This document shows positions 1 to 10,660 of a stretch of 64,000 nucleotides of DNA, one piece after another. The translations under genes and the position numbers were made by a program. Every line of letters starts with the position of its first letter. Position 1 is the first letter of the stretch. This DNA is from a virus. The stretch covers positions 32,001 through 96,000 of IMG/VR virus record IMGVR_UViG_3300031718_000001. One strand, 5' to 3'. The notes beneath the pieces are model-generated. The model worked only from the letters and a program-made list of their open reading frames with translations. It ran no database searches and was not told where the DNA came from.

Positions 1-469
1 CCACCGTCAGCCCGGACAGGTCGGTCGCCCACCCCATCGAGGTGGCCTTGCCGTTGCGGTGGATGGTCGGGCACGAGTTCAGCGAGACGTGGATGTGGCC
101 GTCAGCGTTCAGGCAGGGGAAGTAGCGGGTCCAGCCGTGAGCGCGCCAGGTGGCCTCCATGGCATCGCTCAGGGCGTCCAGCCGGGCGATCTCGTGCAGC
201 AGCTCGGTGTCGCGAGCCAAGGCATCGGAGGGGCGGGCACCGTAGCTCAGGTCCTTCTCATCGCCCTGGGCGACGAGGCGGGCTATGACTTCCATGACCT
301 CGGCCCAGCTCAACTGCCAGACCTGGCTCTTGCCGATCCAGCGCTTGCGGTCCCCGGCCATGCGGTGCATCCGGTCGCGTCCGGCGAAGAGCTTGTCGCG
401 GGTGTCGCTGGCCTGGCAGATGATCGCGTACTGCCTGGCGTCGTGCTCGGCCGGGATGATCTCTGGCAT
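1..469 (-). CDS. Conserved actinophage hypothetical protein (partial, runs off window start)
   Basis: Not in the ORF track. ATG at 469 with GGGAG SD, downstream of the conserved promoter box; open frame MPEIIPAEHDARQY...GWTRYFPCLNADGHIHVSLNSCPTIH...LSGLTV to base 1. Confidence 0.75.
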   Translation of the reverse strand, partial: MPEIIPAEHDARQYAIICQASDTRDKLFAGRDRMHRMAGDRKRWIGKSQVWQLSWAEVMEVIARLVAQGDEKDLSYGARPSDALARDTELLHEIARLDALSDAMEATWRAHGWTRYFPCLNADGHIHVSLNSCPTIHRNGKATSMGWATDLSGLTV

Positions 470-535
470 CTGGTGCTCCCTCGCTGTCGTTCCCTTGCAA
501 GACCAACAATAGCAAGAAAAGCTGTATTGAGCAAA

Positions 536-793
536 TCAGCGCGCTGTAATCTCCGAGATCGCACGGTCGAGCGCCCGTTCGCGCTTGGCGTGGTTGCGGC
601 ACCAGGAGGAGCAGTAGCGTTCGCGCGGCCCGAGCTGGTCCGTCGCGGGGATGGTGCCTTCGGAGATCATCTTGGAGCGGGTCTCGCGCACAACGTCCAA
701 GTCCTCAAAGCAGTTCCGGCAGTGCCGGTCACACTGGCAGTGGTAGTCGTGGAAGCCGCCGGGTATCCCGTACATCCAGATCGTCTCGGCCAT
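536..793 (-). CDS. Small Cys-rich (Zn-binding) hypothetical protein
   Basis: CxCxxxCxxC and CSSWC motifs; TGATG coupling to the upstream ORF. Confidence 0.65.
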   Translation of the reverse strand: MAETIWMYGIPGGFHDYHCQCDRHCRNCFEDLDVVRETRSKMISEGTIPATDQLGPRERYCSSWCRNHAKRERALDRAISEITAR

Positions 794-990
794 CAGTGCA
801 CCGGGTACTTCGGCGAGTTCTTGAGGTAGTAGGTGTGGGCGCCGCTCCTGCTGCGGTAGCGCTGGAGGTTGGCCCGTGCGGCGGTCAGGAACTGCGCCCT
901 GGTGATGTGCAGCACGTCGCAGTAGAACGAGGCGGAATAGCCCTCGAAGAGCGTTACAGCGGCGATCACGCGCTCGGCTATGGTTTGCAT
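793..990 (-). CDS. Small hypothetical protein (MQTIAERV...)
   Basis: ATG immediately after the stop of the PAPS-reductase-like gene; coupled to the next gene. Confidence 0.55.
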   Translation of the reverse strand: MQTIAERVIAAVTLFEGYSASFYCDVLHITRAQFLTAARANLQRYRSRSGAHTYYLKNSPKYPVH

Positions 991-991
991 C

Positions 992-1963
992 TCAGCAGTT
1001 CCAGGACTTGGCCACGGCAACCTCGCCGCGGGCAGTGAGGGCTTCGGCCTCGGCGATGATGTCGCGCATCGTGAAGTCGCGGCCGAAGGTGTGACCCATC
1101 TTCTCTTCGGCCTCGGCCCGCTTGACGGCGCCATCGGGGTCGAGCTGCGCGGCCCGGACCAGGGCCTTGCGGCCGGCCAGGACGCAGAACCGGCAGGACA
1201 GCCTGGGCATCCCGGCGTCGTACACCCAGTGATGCCGGACCCCGCTGGCCTTGATGTCGGCCCACACCTGGTGCTCGGTGAGGCCGTGAATCGGCAGCCA
1301 GTTGTCGCAGTCCTTAACGGTCTCGTTGGTGACGCGCTTGTTCTTCTCGAAGGAGACGAGCTTCGCCCTGGCAGGGCTCTCCTGGGCGCGCATCCCCATG
1401 CAGTTCAGGATGCGTACGCGGCGGACGCGGGCCTTGCAACCTTTGGGAAGCATCGCCTTCCACGCGCTGCGCAGCTCGTCGCACAGCATGGTGATCACGG
1501 TGCCGATCGGGTCGCGCTTCATGTCAGAAGTGCAGAAGCGGTTTTCGAGGTTTGGCCACTTGCCGTGGTTGATGATGTGCTGGAGGAGCGTGATAGGTGC
1601 GTCGTTGTTCTCGCCCTTCTGCACCTTGATGAACCGCACGCCATAGTGCGCGGCGTGCTCCCGGGCCAGCTCCTCGGTGCCCGCCCACTCGTCCTCGGCA
1701 CCTAGGTCGGCGAAGACGCAGACGATCTTGCGACGGTCTAGTCCAAGGATGTCCACCAGGCGCATGAACAGCCGGAGCATCGTCTGGGAATCCTTGCCGC
1801 CGGAAATGTTCAGCACGTACAGGTCGTAGGTGGGCAGCATCAGCAGGTCGAGCCCGGCTAGCGTGGCCGCCGCGAAGATGCTCTCTATCTCAGCGATGAG
1901 TTCGAGGTCAATCGCCTGCGCGATGATCTTGTCGGTGATCTTCGGGTAAGTGGTGCTGCTCAC
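992..1963 (-). CDS. PAPS reductase-like / adenine nucleotide alpha-hydrolase (DndC/SspD-like) protein
   Basis: SGGKDS PP-loop, RFCTSDMK, GMRAQESPAR and RLSCRFC motifs; likely GTG start at 1963 after CAGGAGG SD. Confidence 0.85.
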   Translation of the reverse strand: MSSTTYPKITDKIIAQAIDLELIAEIESIFAAATLAGLDLLMLPTYDLYVLNISGGKDSQTMLRLFMRLVDILGLDRRKIVCVFADLGAEDEWAGTEELAREHAAHYGVRFIKVQKGENNDAPITLLQHIINHGKWPNLENRFCTSDMKRDPIGTVITMLCDELRSAWKAMLPKGCKARVRRVRILNCMGMRAQESPARAKLVSFEKNKRVTNETVKDCDNWLPIHGLTEHQVWADIKASGVRHHWVYDAGMPRLSCRFCVLAGRKALVRAAQLDPDGAVKRAEAEEKMGHTFGRDFTMRDIIAEAEALTARGEVAVAKSWNC

Positions 1964-2028
1964 TCGCTGCCTCCTGGCTGTCGTTCCTTGCAAGACCTAC
2001 ATTAGCAAGAAAAGCTGTATTCACCAAA

Positions 2029-2466
2029 TCAGAGTGACCAGTAGCCGTAGACGCAGCGGAGGCCGTCGCGCCGGGGATCGGCGATGTCGTAGACCACCCC
2101 GTCGATGACCGCCGCGTAGTGGCGGCTCAGTGAGACGATGATGCGCCCGGCAGGCAGCTCATCGGCTCGCAGGTGGACCTTGCATCCCTGGCCGACCAGC
2201 ATGGTCGGCGTCCAGGTGAAGCCGAGCGATGCCATGTAGTCCTTGAACCACTTGCGACTCACGTTGATCCCGTTGCTGGCGCTGCGGTGCCCGCTGATGC
2301 CGTAGCTGCGGCTCGTCTTGCGCTCCCGCGCGCACCCCTCGGCGAGCGCGTCATAGACCTGGGGATAGGGCAGTCCGGTGACGATGGCTATGGCCCGGGT
2401 CACGCAGTCGCTGGTGAGGCTTCCCCATCCCGCGGCGCTCCGGCCGCCGTCGTTGTACCTGTACAT
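2029..2466 (-). CDS. Conserved phage hypothetical protein (DCVTRAIAI motif)
   Basis: ORF coupled to the upstream gene; NDGG...DCV.RAIAI.TG..Y..VY motif. Confidence 0.7.
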   Translation of the reverse strand: MYRYNDGGRSAAGWGSLTSDCVTRAIAIVTGLPYPQVYDALAEGCARERKTSRSYGISGHRSASNGINVSRKWFKDYMASLGFTWTPTMLVGQGCKVHLRADELPAGRIIVSLSRHYAAVIDGVVYDIADPRRDGLRCVYGYWSL

Positions 2467-2468
2467 GA

Positions 2469-3385
2469 TCAGTCCTGGACCCAGCCCTGGTCACGGACGT
2501 AGCCCGCCAGCTCGCGCCAGTTCTCGCTGACGGCCGTGAGCACGGCCCGGTCGCCTTCCATCTCGTCGTGGTCGATGTCCCACTGGCCGCGGTCGAGGTG
2601 CTCCAGGATCTTTCCCTCGATCAGCGCGTCCAGGGTGGGCGGGTCCAGGGCGTCCAGCTCCCAGGACAGGTCGCCGTACTCGGCGATGTAGTCGTTCGCC
2701 CGGCTGTCGGTGACCTTGGCGTAGTTCGGGGGCGGGTTGTACGCCTCCACCTGGTCCATGTTCAGCGCGATGCGGTCGATCTCGACACTCGACCCGAAGG
2801 TGTACAGCCGGTCGCCGATGTCGCGGGTCATGTCGATCCCGCTGGGGTCGTGGTCGCCCAGGTGGATGATGAGGCACTTCTTGCCGGTGCGCTCCTGCTT
2901 GCGCAGCCGCATGGCGGCTCGCCACATCTCGGACTGGCTGACGTAGCCGCGGCACGAGAAGTACGGCACCAGCCAGCGGTCGGCCGGGCGGGACACCACG
3001 TCGGCCAGGCCTCCTTCTCGACCCACACCTCGACATACCACGCCTGGTTGTTCCACAGATGCGTGCGGTACTGCGCGGCGACCGCATCGACGATGGACTC
3101 CGGATCGTCCCACATGGCCAGTTGGGCGAGGTTGCGGGTGCGGTCCTCCAGGTGGTTCCAGTCGATCAGGCCAGCCAGCCGGGCATCATTGACGATCGAG
3201 CCCAGGCGCTTGTAGCTCTGGATGTTGTTGGTCAGCCAGTCGCGGCTGACGAACTGGTAGTAGAGCTGCCGCAGGGTGAGGTTGTATCCCTGGGCCGCGT
3301 AGTCCTCGCAGATCTGGGCGGCGCGCTCGATTACCTCCATCGAGCCGGCCGAGAACCTGGTGTCTGCGTACTTGATCTTCGGCAT
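2469..3385 (-). pseudogene. TOPRIM-domain (Topo VI-A/JetD-like) phage protein split by a 1-nt frameshift near 3010
   Basis: N-half TLRQLYYQ...EVWVEKEA (ORF 2828-3397) continues in another frame as LADVV...SCRGY...HLGDHDPSG...ELDAL (ORF 2469-3113); GAG GCC TG GCC lacks one C. Confidence 0.75.
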
Positions 3386-3402
3386 GATGGTCTCCATTCG
3401 GT

Positions 3403-4197
3403 TCAGTCGAGAGAAGCCACTGTCTCGGCACGCCAGTTAAGGGCGTACTCCAGGCAGTTGTTGCAGTGCTGATGGGTGTGTCCCTCGATCGGGGGCTCAT
3501 AGCGCGCGTCGAACGACCAGGCGGCCGAGTCCGCGCTCACGAGCATGCGGCCGTACATCGGCAGGCCGGTGCGCTTCACGCCGAATCCGTGCAGCCGCAG
3601 GTGCGACAGCTCGGTGACGATCCGCAGGATGCTTGTCGTGTTCGAGCGCCGGCAGATGCTGCCCAGGCCGACCACGGGGAACGTGGTGAGGTCGAAGCCG
3701 GCGTCCTTGTACATCTCCTCGTGCCGCAGGTACTCATAGCCTGCCCAGCCCTGGAGCACGGGGATGACCGGGCACGGCCCGTCGCCGACCTGCGGCCACA
3801 GCTCCAGGGCCTGGACGTAATTCTCGATGGTGAGGTGCTGGTGGACGTACGTGCTGAACCCGGTGGCCCGCCTGATGTTCTCCTCGCACATGTAGTCCAT
3901 GGGGGAAGCCCATTTGAGCTGGCCGATCTGGTCCTGGTATCTCGCCACCCGCTCCAGGTACTCCAGCACGGTGAACCGCCAGCCAGGCGGCGAGCCGAAG
4001 GTATGCAGGCGCTGCTCGTCCGTGTGCTTGAGCTGCATGAAGCCGCCCGAGTCGAGCGCCCACGGGCCGAGAGCCCTGGGCAGCGTAGCGCGCCCGGACA
4101 GGTTCTGGTCAGCCACGAACAGGGGCACGTCCGTCCTCGCGAGGAAGAACGGCTTGTGCGTGGTGAGCATGAACTCGCAGGGCGCGAAGCTGCCCAT
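3403..4197 (-). CDS. Queuine tRNA-ribosyltransferase-like / DpdA-like (deazapurine DNA transglycosylase-type) protein
   Basis: WALDSGGF, DYMCE, PVLQG, VGLGSICRR, LHGFGVK, SADS.AWS motifs and C-terminal HCNNC; ATG at 4197 after GGAGG. Confidence 0.7.
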   Translation of the reverse strand: MGSFAPCEFMLTTHKPFFLARTDVPLFVADQNLSGRATLPRALGPWALDSGGFMQLKHTDEQRLHTFGSPPGWRFTVLEYLERVARYQDQIGQLKWASPMDYMCEENIRRATGFSTYVHQHLTIENYVQALELWPQVGDGPCPVIPVLQGWAGYEYLRHEEMYKDAGFDLTTFPVVGLGSICRRSNTTSILRIVTELSHLRLHGFGVKRTGLPMYGRMLVSADSAAWSFDARYEPPIEGHTHQHCNNCLEYALNWRAETVASLD

Positions 4198-4300
4198 CTG
4201 CCCTCCAGTGCTATCGGTTCCTTGCAATGCCTACATTAGCAAGAAGCCCTGTATTGAGCAAATCAGGGTCCGGCCGCCGTCCAGCCGGTAGCTTGCTGGG

Positions 4301-5494
4301 ATGACAATCGCCACGCCGCTGAGCACGTCATCCCGCTGGATCGTGGACAGGAACGGCAACCGGGTCAAGCTGGCCGGGGCCAACTGGGCCGGAGCCCACG
4401 AGGACCTGATGGTGCCCGGCGGCCTCGACCGCCTGAACCGGTCGGCTATCGCCGGGCAGCTTGCGGCGTGGGGCTTCAACTCGGTCAGGTTCCCCTTCGC
4501 CGGCTCGACCGTCCAGGACACGGCACCCGTGATCCCCGCGGCCGTGGCCGCGAACCCGGACCTCGTTGGCATGACGCCATGGCAGGTCTACCAGGCCTGC
4601 GTAGCTTCGCTGACGGCCGCGGGCATCATGGTGATACCGAACTTCCACCTTCTCTACCGGGGGTGGTGCTGCTCACTTTCCGATACCAATGGCCTGTGGT
4701 GGAACAGCAACTGGTCATATTCGACGTTCCTGTCGATATGGCAGCAGGTGGCCACGGCGTTCGCGGGCAACCCGCTGGTCATCGGATTCGATATCAAGAA
4801 CGAGCCGCGGCAGGCGACGATCAACGGCCAGGTCCTCAACCCGAGCTGGGGCGACGGCAACACCGAGACCGACTTCCGCTGGCTCTACCAGCAGGCCGGC
4901 GATGCGATCCTGAAGATCGACCCGGCCGCGCTGATCTTCTGCGAGGGCATCAACAGCTCGGGCAACCTGACCGGAGTGGCCAGCTACCCGGTCCAGCTCA
5001 GCTCGCCCGGCCACGTTGTCTACAGCATCCATGACTACCCGCAAGGATGGCCCGCCACTGAGACCCAGGCCGCGTACATCGCGAGCCAGCACAGTAACGC
5101 CGGGTACATCACGAACACGGGAGAGCCGTACACCAGCCCGCTATGGGTCGGCGAGTTCGGGGTGGCGAACGACTCTATGGCCGCCATCGGCGCCGGGCCG
5201 GTGAGCTACGGCGACGGCCTGGGAGCCGGCCCGGTCAGCCAGTCCTACGGTAACTGGTGGTCGAACTTCCTCGCCTGGGCCTACGAGCGGGCTGACCTCG
5301 ACTGGTGCTGCTGGCACCTGAGCGGGACGCATGTCCAGGGTACGACCCCCTCGACCAACCAGCTCCAGTACAACCTGGGGGACAGGTGCTGGGACGGGCT
5401 CTATGCCCAGGACTGGAGCGGCCCCGCTAATCCCGCGGTGATCGAGGCGCTCCAGGCGATCATGGCGCCGATCTCGGGGCCGGGGGTCAGCTAG
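4301..5494 (+). CDS. Glycoside hydrolase family 5 (cellulase family)
   Basis: GFNSVR, catalytic NEP acid/base, YSIHDY and WVGEFG nucleophile motifs; no signal peptide visible. Confidence 0.88.
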   Translation: MTIATPLSTSSRWIVDRNGNRVKLAGANWAGAHEDLMVPGGLDRLNRSAIAGQLAAWGFNSVRFPFAGSTVQDTAPVIPAAVAANPDLVGMTPWQVYQACVASLTAAGIMVIPNFHLLYRGWCCSLSDTNGLWWNSNWSYSTFLSIWQQVATAFAGNPLVIGFDIKNEPRQATINGQVLNPSWGDGNTETDFRWLYQQAGDAILKIDPAALIFCEGINSSGNLTGVASYPVQLSSPGHVVYSIHDYPQGWPATETQAAYIASQHSNAGYITNTGEPYTSPLWVGEFGVANDSMAAIGAGPVSYGDGLGAGPVSQSYGNWWSNFLAWAYERADLDWCCWHLSGTHVQGTTPSTNQLQYNLGDRCWDGLYAQDWSGPANPAVIEALQAIMAPISGPGVS

Positions 5495-5534
5495 GAGCTG
5501 GCGACCGCGCCCCTGCGGCGGTCGCCCTCCCGGC

Positions 5535-7393
5535 CTATGGCACCCATACCTCGGCGTCGCACTCGGTGCTTCCGTCGGCCGCCCGGAACCACGGTGAGTG
5601 GTTGATCCAGGTCAGGTCACGGCCGCAGTGCCGGCATACGTAGGTGTCGCGCCAGGCCTTCATTCCGCCTTCGACATCGCGCAGCTCCTGGGCCGAGAAG
5701 TGGTTCCAGACCGAGCAGTCGTAGACCAGGTTCTCGCCTATGCGCAGGATGCCGCGCTCCTGGCGGGCACGGATCACGCACAGCTCGATCTCATCAAGTC
5801 GGCGCCCTGTCTCCGTCCGCTCGCCGCGCTCACGGGCCAGCCACGGAGTGGGCCTGCCCTCCCAGTTGCCGACCTGGACATAGCGGTAGACCTGACCATC
5901 CGAACAAGGCAGTTCGACCACGGCCGGCCCGGTGGCGCTCGTCGAGAGCGTCTCTCCGGTCTCGTCATTGACGAGGCACCAGCGGGTGATGAGCTGCATG
6001 GTACTGCCGCCCTCAAGCCGCAGCGTGGCCAGCTTGGCGGTGAATCGCGGCACCTTGCGGAAGAACCCGTACCGGCCCGGTACCAGGACGGCAGGACGGA
6101 TCAGCCGACGCGACCTGGCCGTGCCCCCGTTCATATCCAGGATCTCGCCGGTCACGGCGATGGCACCGGTAGCCTGGCTGACGGGCTCGCGGCTCACGAT
6201 CCTGAGACAGTAGGGCCGGTGGTTCCCGATGCGGGGGATGCGCACGATGGCACCCTTACGCACATCCGGATCGTCAGCGAATACGTCCTGGTCGGTGGTG
6301 CTCATCTGGTCTTCCGCCTCCTGCTCCGGGGGAAGTCTGCATAGCGGTGGGCTGCCGCGATCGGCGTCACCAGGTCGGCGTCACGCACGCTGTTGTACAC
6401 GTAGTCGATGCCGCCCCGGTCGATCACCCGGATGTTGATGCCCTCGGCCGACGAGATGACCTCGTAGCAGCCCTTGCACAGCCGCTCGCCCCTGTAGGCG
6501 ACCAGGCCGTCGAACTGGATGCCCTTGTACTCGTAGGGCTCGCCCGGCCGGTGGCAGTGCATGCACCGCTTGTGGTAGGGCTCGCCGCAGAGCGTGCACT
6601 CCAGCTCGTCATCGCGCTTGATGCCCGGCGGCCGGGTGTCGGCGTTCATCAGTTGCCTGCCATCAGCAGCTCGCCGCGGGTGAACCACTCGCGGCCGACG
6701 GTGTAGTGGAAGTCCAGCGCGCCCTGGGGCACGCCCTCGGGGAACCCGAGGGTCATCACGCGCACCTGGTCGTCCCTGACCTCGGTTACCACCCGGCTAG
6801 AGAACGGGCCGCGCTGGTAGTCCACGTGCACGCACCGGGCGCCCTTGATGCACGGCCGGGCGGCCTGCTCAGCCGCCACGATGCTGCGGCACTTGTTGCA
6901 GTACTTGTTCGCGCCCGACCTCTCGGACGGGAGCATCTGGGGCTCCATGACGATGAATGCGTTGCAGCGGGCACAGCCGGTCAGGCAGAGCGTCATCGCG
7001 AAGCCTCCTGGATCGCCTTGCGGCGGGTGTTGGAGCGGTCGGGGCGACGGCCGCGGCCGTGCGTGCCAGCCCGGCGGCCGTTGCGGTAAGCCATGATCTC
7101 GGCTCCGCGCGAGCTGGCGCTCTTCTTGCGGGTCACAGTTCCACCTCCAGCGGGCGTGCACGGGTTCCGGTGCGCTGGCCCTGGCGGGCGCACAGCGTGG
7201 TGCTGCCGGCTACGTGCGACCAGAGCTGCCAGGCCGTCATGTGGATCGGCTCGAAGCACTCGGCGCAGATGCAGCCGTTGAGCAGCGCAGTTACCTTCCC
7301 GATGGCCTCGATCAGGGGAACGGGCAGCTCAGGGGCGGAAACGAGCAGGTCCCCGAGGAACTCGGTCACCTGCTCGGCCGTTACGTCGCTCAT
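5535..7393 (-). other. Run of small hypothetical genes (5535-6305, 6302-6649, 6649-6996, 6993-7136, 7133-7393), several Cys-rich
   Basis: Head-to-tail ORFs with overlapping stop/start codons; CxxC pairs. Confidence 0.6.
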
Positions 7394-7457
7394 CGCCAGC
7401 TCCCTGCTCTCGATCCCTTACGAGATCCATAATACAGGGTTTCTTGCTAATGGCAAA

Positions 7458-8237
7458 TCAGTGAGGGAGGCGAACCTTGCCGGACACGGACTTGCCGGTG
7501 GCGATCGGGCGTACTCCGGGTGCGGCCGTGATCCGCACGTCGCCGGAGACTGACTTGCCGTGGATGAACACTGGCTCTACCGCGTGCACCTGGATGTCGC
7601 CGCTGACCGTCTGCGCCTGGACGACGCCGTGAGCGGCACCTAGCTCGATATCGCCGGAGGTGCTGCTGACGGTGGACGGCCCGGTCTCGTCCGCCTCGAT
7701 GTCCCCGCTGATGGTCATCGCACTGAGCTGGCCGACCTGTCCCTTGCAGCACACGTCAGCGCTCACGGTCTCGGCGATCACCCCGGCGAGCTGGCCGCTG
7801 GTATGCACCTGGCCGGCGTCCACCTTGACCTGGACGGCTGACCTGGCGGGCACGCGGAACGTAGCCCGCAGCGGTTCTCCCTTTACGCCGTTGATGAGGT
7901 CGGTCACGTCAACACCGTTGATGATGGTCCGGCCCGCCCTGCCGCTGCCGAAGCTGACCGACTGGAAACCGCCGGACTGGATCGTTATGCCCCCGCCGCC
8001 GCGGTTGCGGCCATCCCGTGGCCAGCGCAGCGACCAGGTAGGACCGTCATGGGTCTCCTGGATCCGGTCAAGCACCTCCTGGGGACCGGTCAGCTCGGCG
8101 GTGGCACGTGCCAGCCCCGCGACGGCCTCCACGGCCAGCTCCAGGTACTCGGCATCGATCTTGAGCCCGATCTCGCCCAGCGGGGCATTGCTGCCGCGCT
8201 CGGGCAGCCGCTCGGGTAGTGCCAGCGTCTTGTTCAT
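7458..8237 (-). CDS. DUF4097-like beta-strand repeat (adhesin-like) protein
   Basis: Repeated T/S-V/I-S-G-D-I/V motifs in the C-terminal half. Confidence 0.75.
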   Translation of the reverse strand: MNKTLALPERLPERGSNAPLGEIGLKIDAEYLELAVEAVAGLARATAELTGPQEVLDRIQETHDGPTWSLRWPRDGRNRGGGGITIQSGGFQSVSFGSGRAGRTIINGVDVTDLINGVKGEPLRATFRVPARSAVQVKVDAGQVHTSGQLAGVIAETVSADVCCKGQVGQLSAMTISGDIEADETGPSTVSSTSGDIELGAAHGVVQAQTVSGDIQVHAVEPVFIHGKSVSGDVRITAAPGVRPIATGKSVSGKVRLPH

Positions 8238-8298
8238 GTCCCTCGCCTTACTTCGTTCCCTGATGGCCTGTCTGGCGGCTACAATACAGGGTTTATTG

Positions 8299-9203
8299 CT
8301 AACTGACCAGACCCGTGCGGCGGGCCTTCAGTTCCTTGCTGGTCAGGAACCGCCACCAGCCGTCATATCCCTCGGGGATGAGCGGAACGCTGGCGAGCAT
8401 CGGCTCCAGGATGGTCATGTGCTCAGCCTGGACAGCCGGCACGCTGCCGTCGTGGCTGTAGTAGCTGTCCCCGTCCCAGCGGCCGTCGCAGTGCCCGCCC
8501 CAGGGGTCGTGGTCGAATGACGCCAGGAACTCCCTGGCGTCGGCTACAGGCGGGGTGACGATCTCGTGGAGGTAGCCGACGCAGGCCCGCATAACGCCCT
8601 TCTTGCGGCGGTACCAGACTGCCCGGATTGTGCACCAGGCTGTGGGGCTTCCGTCGAACCGGTGCTCAAGCGGCCCGAGCTGCAAGCTGGACAGGTCGAT
8701 GGCGTACTGGTTCTTCCACAGCACGAACTTGTCTTCGCGGATCATCGCTGCTCGATCTCCTCGACCAGGACCTGCACGCGGAAGCGCTTGACGATATCGC
8801 CATGCCGTTCCTTGCGGATGCCCAGGTAGAGCGTGTGGTTCGGGTCGTCGGAACGCTCCAGCACGATGTAGTGCTGGCGAGGCATGTGGCTGTCATCCGG
8901 CTCAGACCAGCCAGTGCCCCACTGCTGGATCGCGCTCACGGCCTCATCGCGCACGATGTCGCGCAGGTAGTCCGCAGCCTCGTCCAGGTGAGGGATCAGC
9001 TCGGCCGAGCGTTCCTCGCGTCCGCTCTGCCGGGCTGCGCGTAGCGCGGCCAGGACATCGGCCGCGGTCTCCGGCTTGATCTCGTCCGGCAGCCACAGCG
9101 CATCACCGAGCATTTCGCGGCCGTCAGCCGTCTGGGTGTACTCGGCGATCACGCGCCCCCGCTGGCCTGTTGAAGGGGCGCGCAGGATGTAGTCGCGCAT
9201 CAC
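8299..9203 (-). other. Two coupled hypothetical genes (8299-8745, 8742-9203)
   Basis: ATGA overlaps and GC3-rich frames. Confidence 0.6.
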
Positions 9204-9496
9204 TCACCGTCCAGGAAGAACTTGTAGTGGTGGTGGAACTGCTCGGCCAGATCCTGGGCAGCGCCCTGGGCCGTGTTCATGGCCTCTTCGACGTGACCGA
9301 TCTCCTCGCCGACTGTCTCTTCGAGATCGCCGCTCTCATCTGCATCCGCGAGCGCGCCGCCGATTGCGGAGCCGAGCTTGTCGAGCACATTGGGCAGCGC
9401 CTTGATGAAAGCCCACAGCTCCTTGCCGTCGGCGGCTTTCCAGCCATCCAGGTGGGCGCCGATTGCCTCTTCGATCGCTGCTGCCGGGTTTGCCAT
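9200..9496 (-). CDS. Small helical protein, paralog of 9883-10188
   Basis: MANPA...GKELW...YKFFLDGE; AAGGAG SD. Confidence 0.7.
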   Translation of the reverse strand: MANPAAAIEEAIGAHLDGWKAADGKELWAFIKALPNVLDKLGSAIGGALADADESGDLEETVGEEIGHVEEAMNTAQGAAQDLAEQFHHHYKFFLDGE

Positions 9497-9507
9497 GGGG
9501 GTGCTCC

Positions 9508-9710
9508 TTACTCGCTGGAGTCCAGGAAGAACCTGTACTCCTGGTGGTAGTCGGATTCGGCTTCCTGGGCTGCGCGCGATGCGGCCAGGAGGCTGCTGCG
9601 GATATCGTCGATATGCTCGTTACCGTCCTGGCCTGCCGCGCCGAATACCGCAGAGACAGCCTCGTCCAGGCCGTCAATCAGCACGGGCAGCTCCAGCAGG
9701 AATTCGCCAC
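9508..9710 (-). pseudogene. Degenerate third paralog of the MANP.../FFLD family
   Basis: GTG GCG AAT start with SD is out of frame with FLLELPVLIDGL...EYRFFLDSSE*, consistent with an internal deletion. Confidence 0.5.
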
Positions 9711-9882
9711 TACCTCTCTCCGTCCAGGCAGGCTGCTGCTGCGATGCCCAGGTGCCTGACCGGCCCCAGGTATCCGAAGCCGTGGCAGCGGAAACAGGCG
9801 CAGCTACGTGCGAACCACTGCCCCTCGCCTGTCCCGCGGCACCAGAGGCATCGCCACCGACGCGCGAATAGCCTTTTCATAG

Positions 9883-10188
9883 TCATCCCTCCTCTCCGTT
9901 CAGCCAGAAGTCGTTAGCGCGCTTGAAGTCGTCGCGGGCCTGCTCGGCGGCCTCCTTGGCCTGCTCCACCAGGCGCTCCATCGTGCCCAGCGCCTCGCTC
10001 AGGCTCTGCATCTCACCGGGTTTGCCTTCGAGGCGCAGTTCCAGCGCCATGAACGTGCTGGACAGGCCGGCCAGGATCTCAGGGAAGTCCTGAAGGAGTA
10101 TCCACAGCTCCTTGCCGGTCTCCGGGTCGTACGGGCGGAGCCCGTTGTTGATCAGCTCGATGATCTGCCCTGCTGGGTTCTCTGCCAT
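9883..10188 (-). CDS. Small helical protein, paralog of 9200-9496
   Basis: MAENPA...GKELW...DFWLNGEEG; AAGGA SD. Confidence 0.7.
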   Translation of the reverse strand: MAENPAGQIIELINNGLRPYDPETGKELWILLQDFPEILAGLSSTFMALELRLEGKPGEMQSLSEALGTMERLVEQAKEAAEQARDDFKRANDFWLNGEEG

Positions 10189-10660
10189 GGGTGGCGTGTT
10201 CCTTTACCTAGTAGCGGTACTGCTGCTGAGAACGGCCTGCTCGATCAGGCTGTCGATCACTCCGAGCTGCCCGCGCATCCAGGCCCGCTGGCTGATGCTC
10301 AGCGTTCCCGGGTGCTGCTCCAGCTCGGACCTGGCCTGCTGGAGCTGGGCGAGCGTCGAGGTCGCGTACTTGCCACGGGCATCCTCGGCAGAGGCCCGGT
10401 AGTCCTTCTCGTACCGCCTGATCAGCCGTGGGTGGATCTCGCGCACAGTCCCCATCAGTGCCGCCTCCCGGAGCACGAGTGAGCCTCGTCAACCCAGAAG
10501 ATCACGCCGCAGTCGGAGCACCGCCCGGTGAGGCGCGCACCCGGTTCGGGCTGGTCTTGTGAGCTGCTCATGATCACTCCGCGTGCATTGATTCTTGCTC
10601 TATCACCTTAGCAATAAAGCTTGTAATCAACAAGCGGAGCGGAATGGCGGGGAAAGGAAA

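Noticed and set aside
2995-3025. Programmed ribosomal frameshift in the TOPRIM gene
   Set aside because: No slippery sequence; the break splits a single conserved domain.
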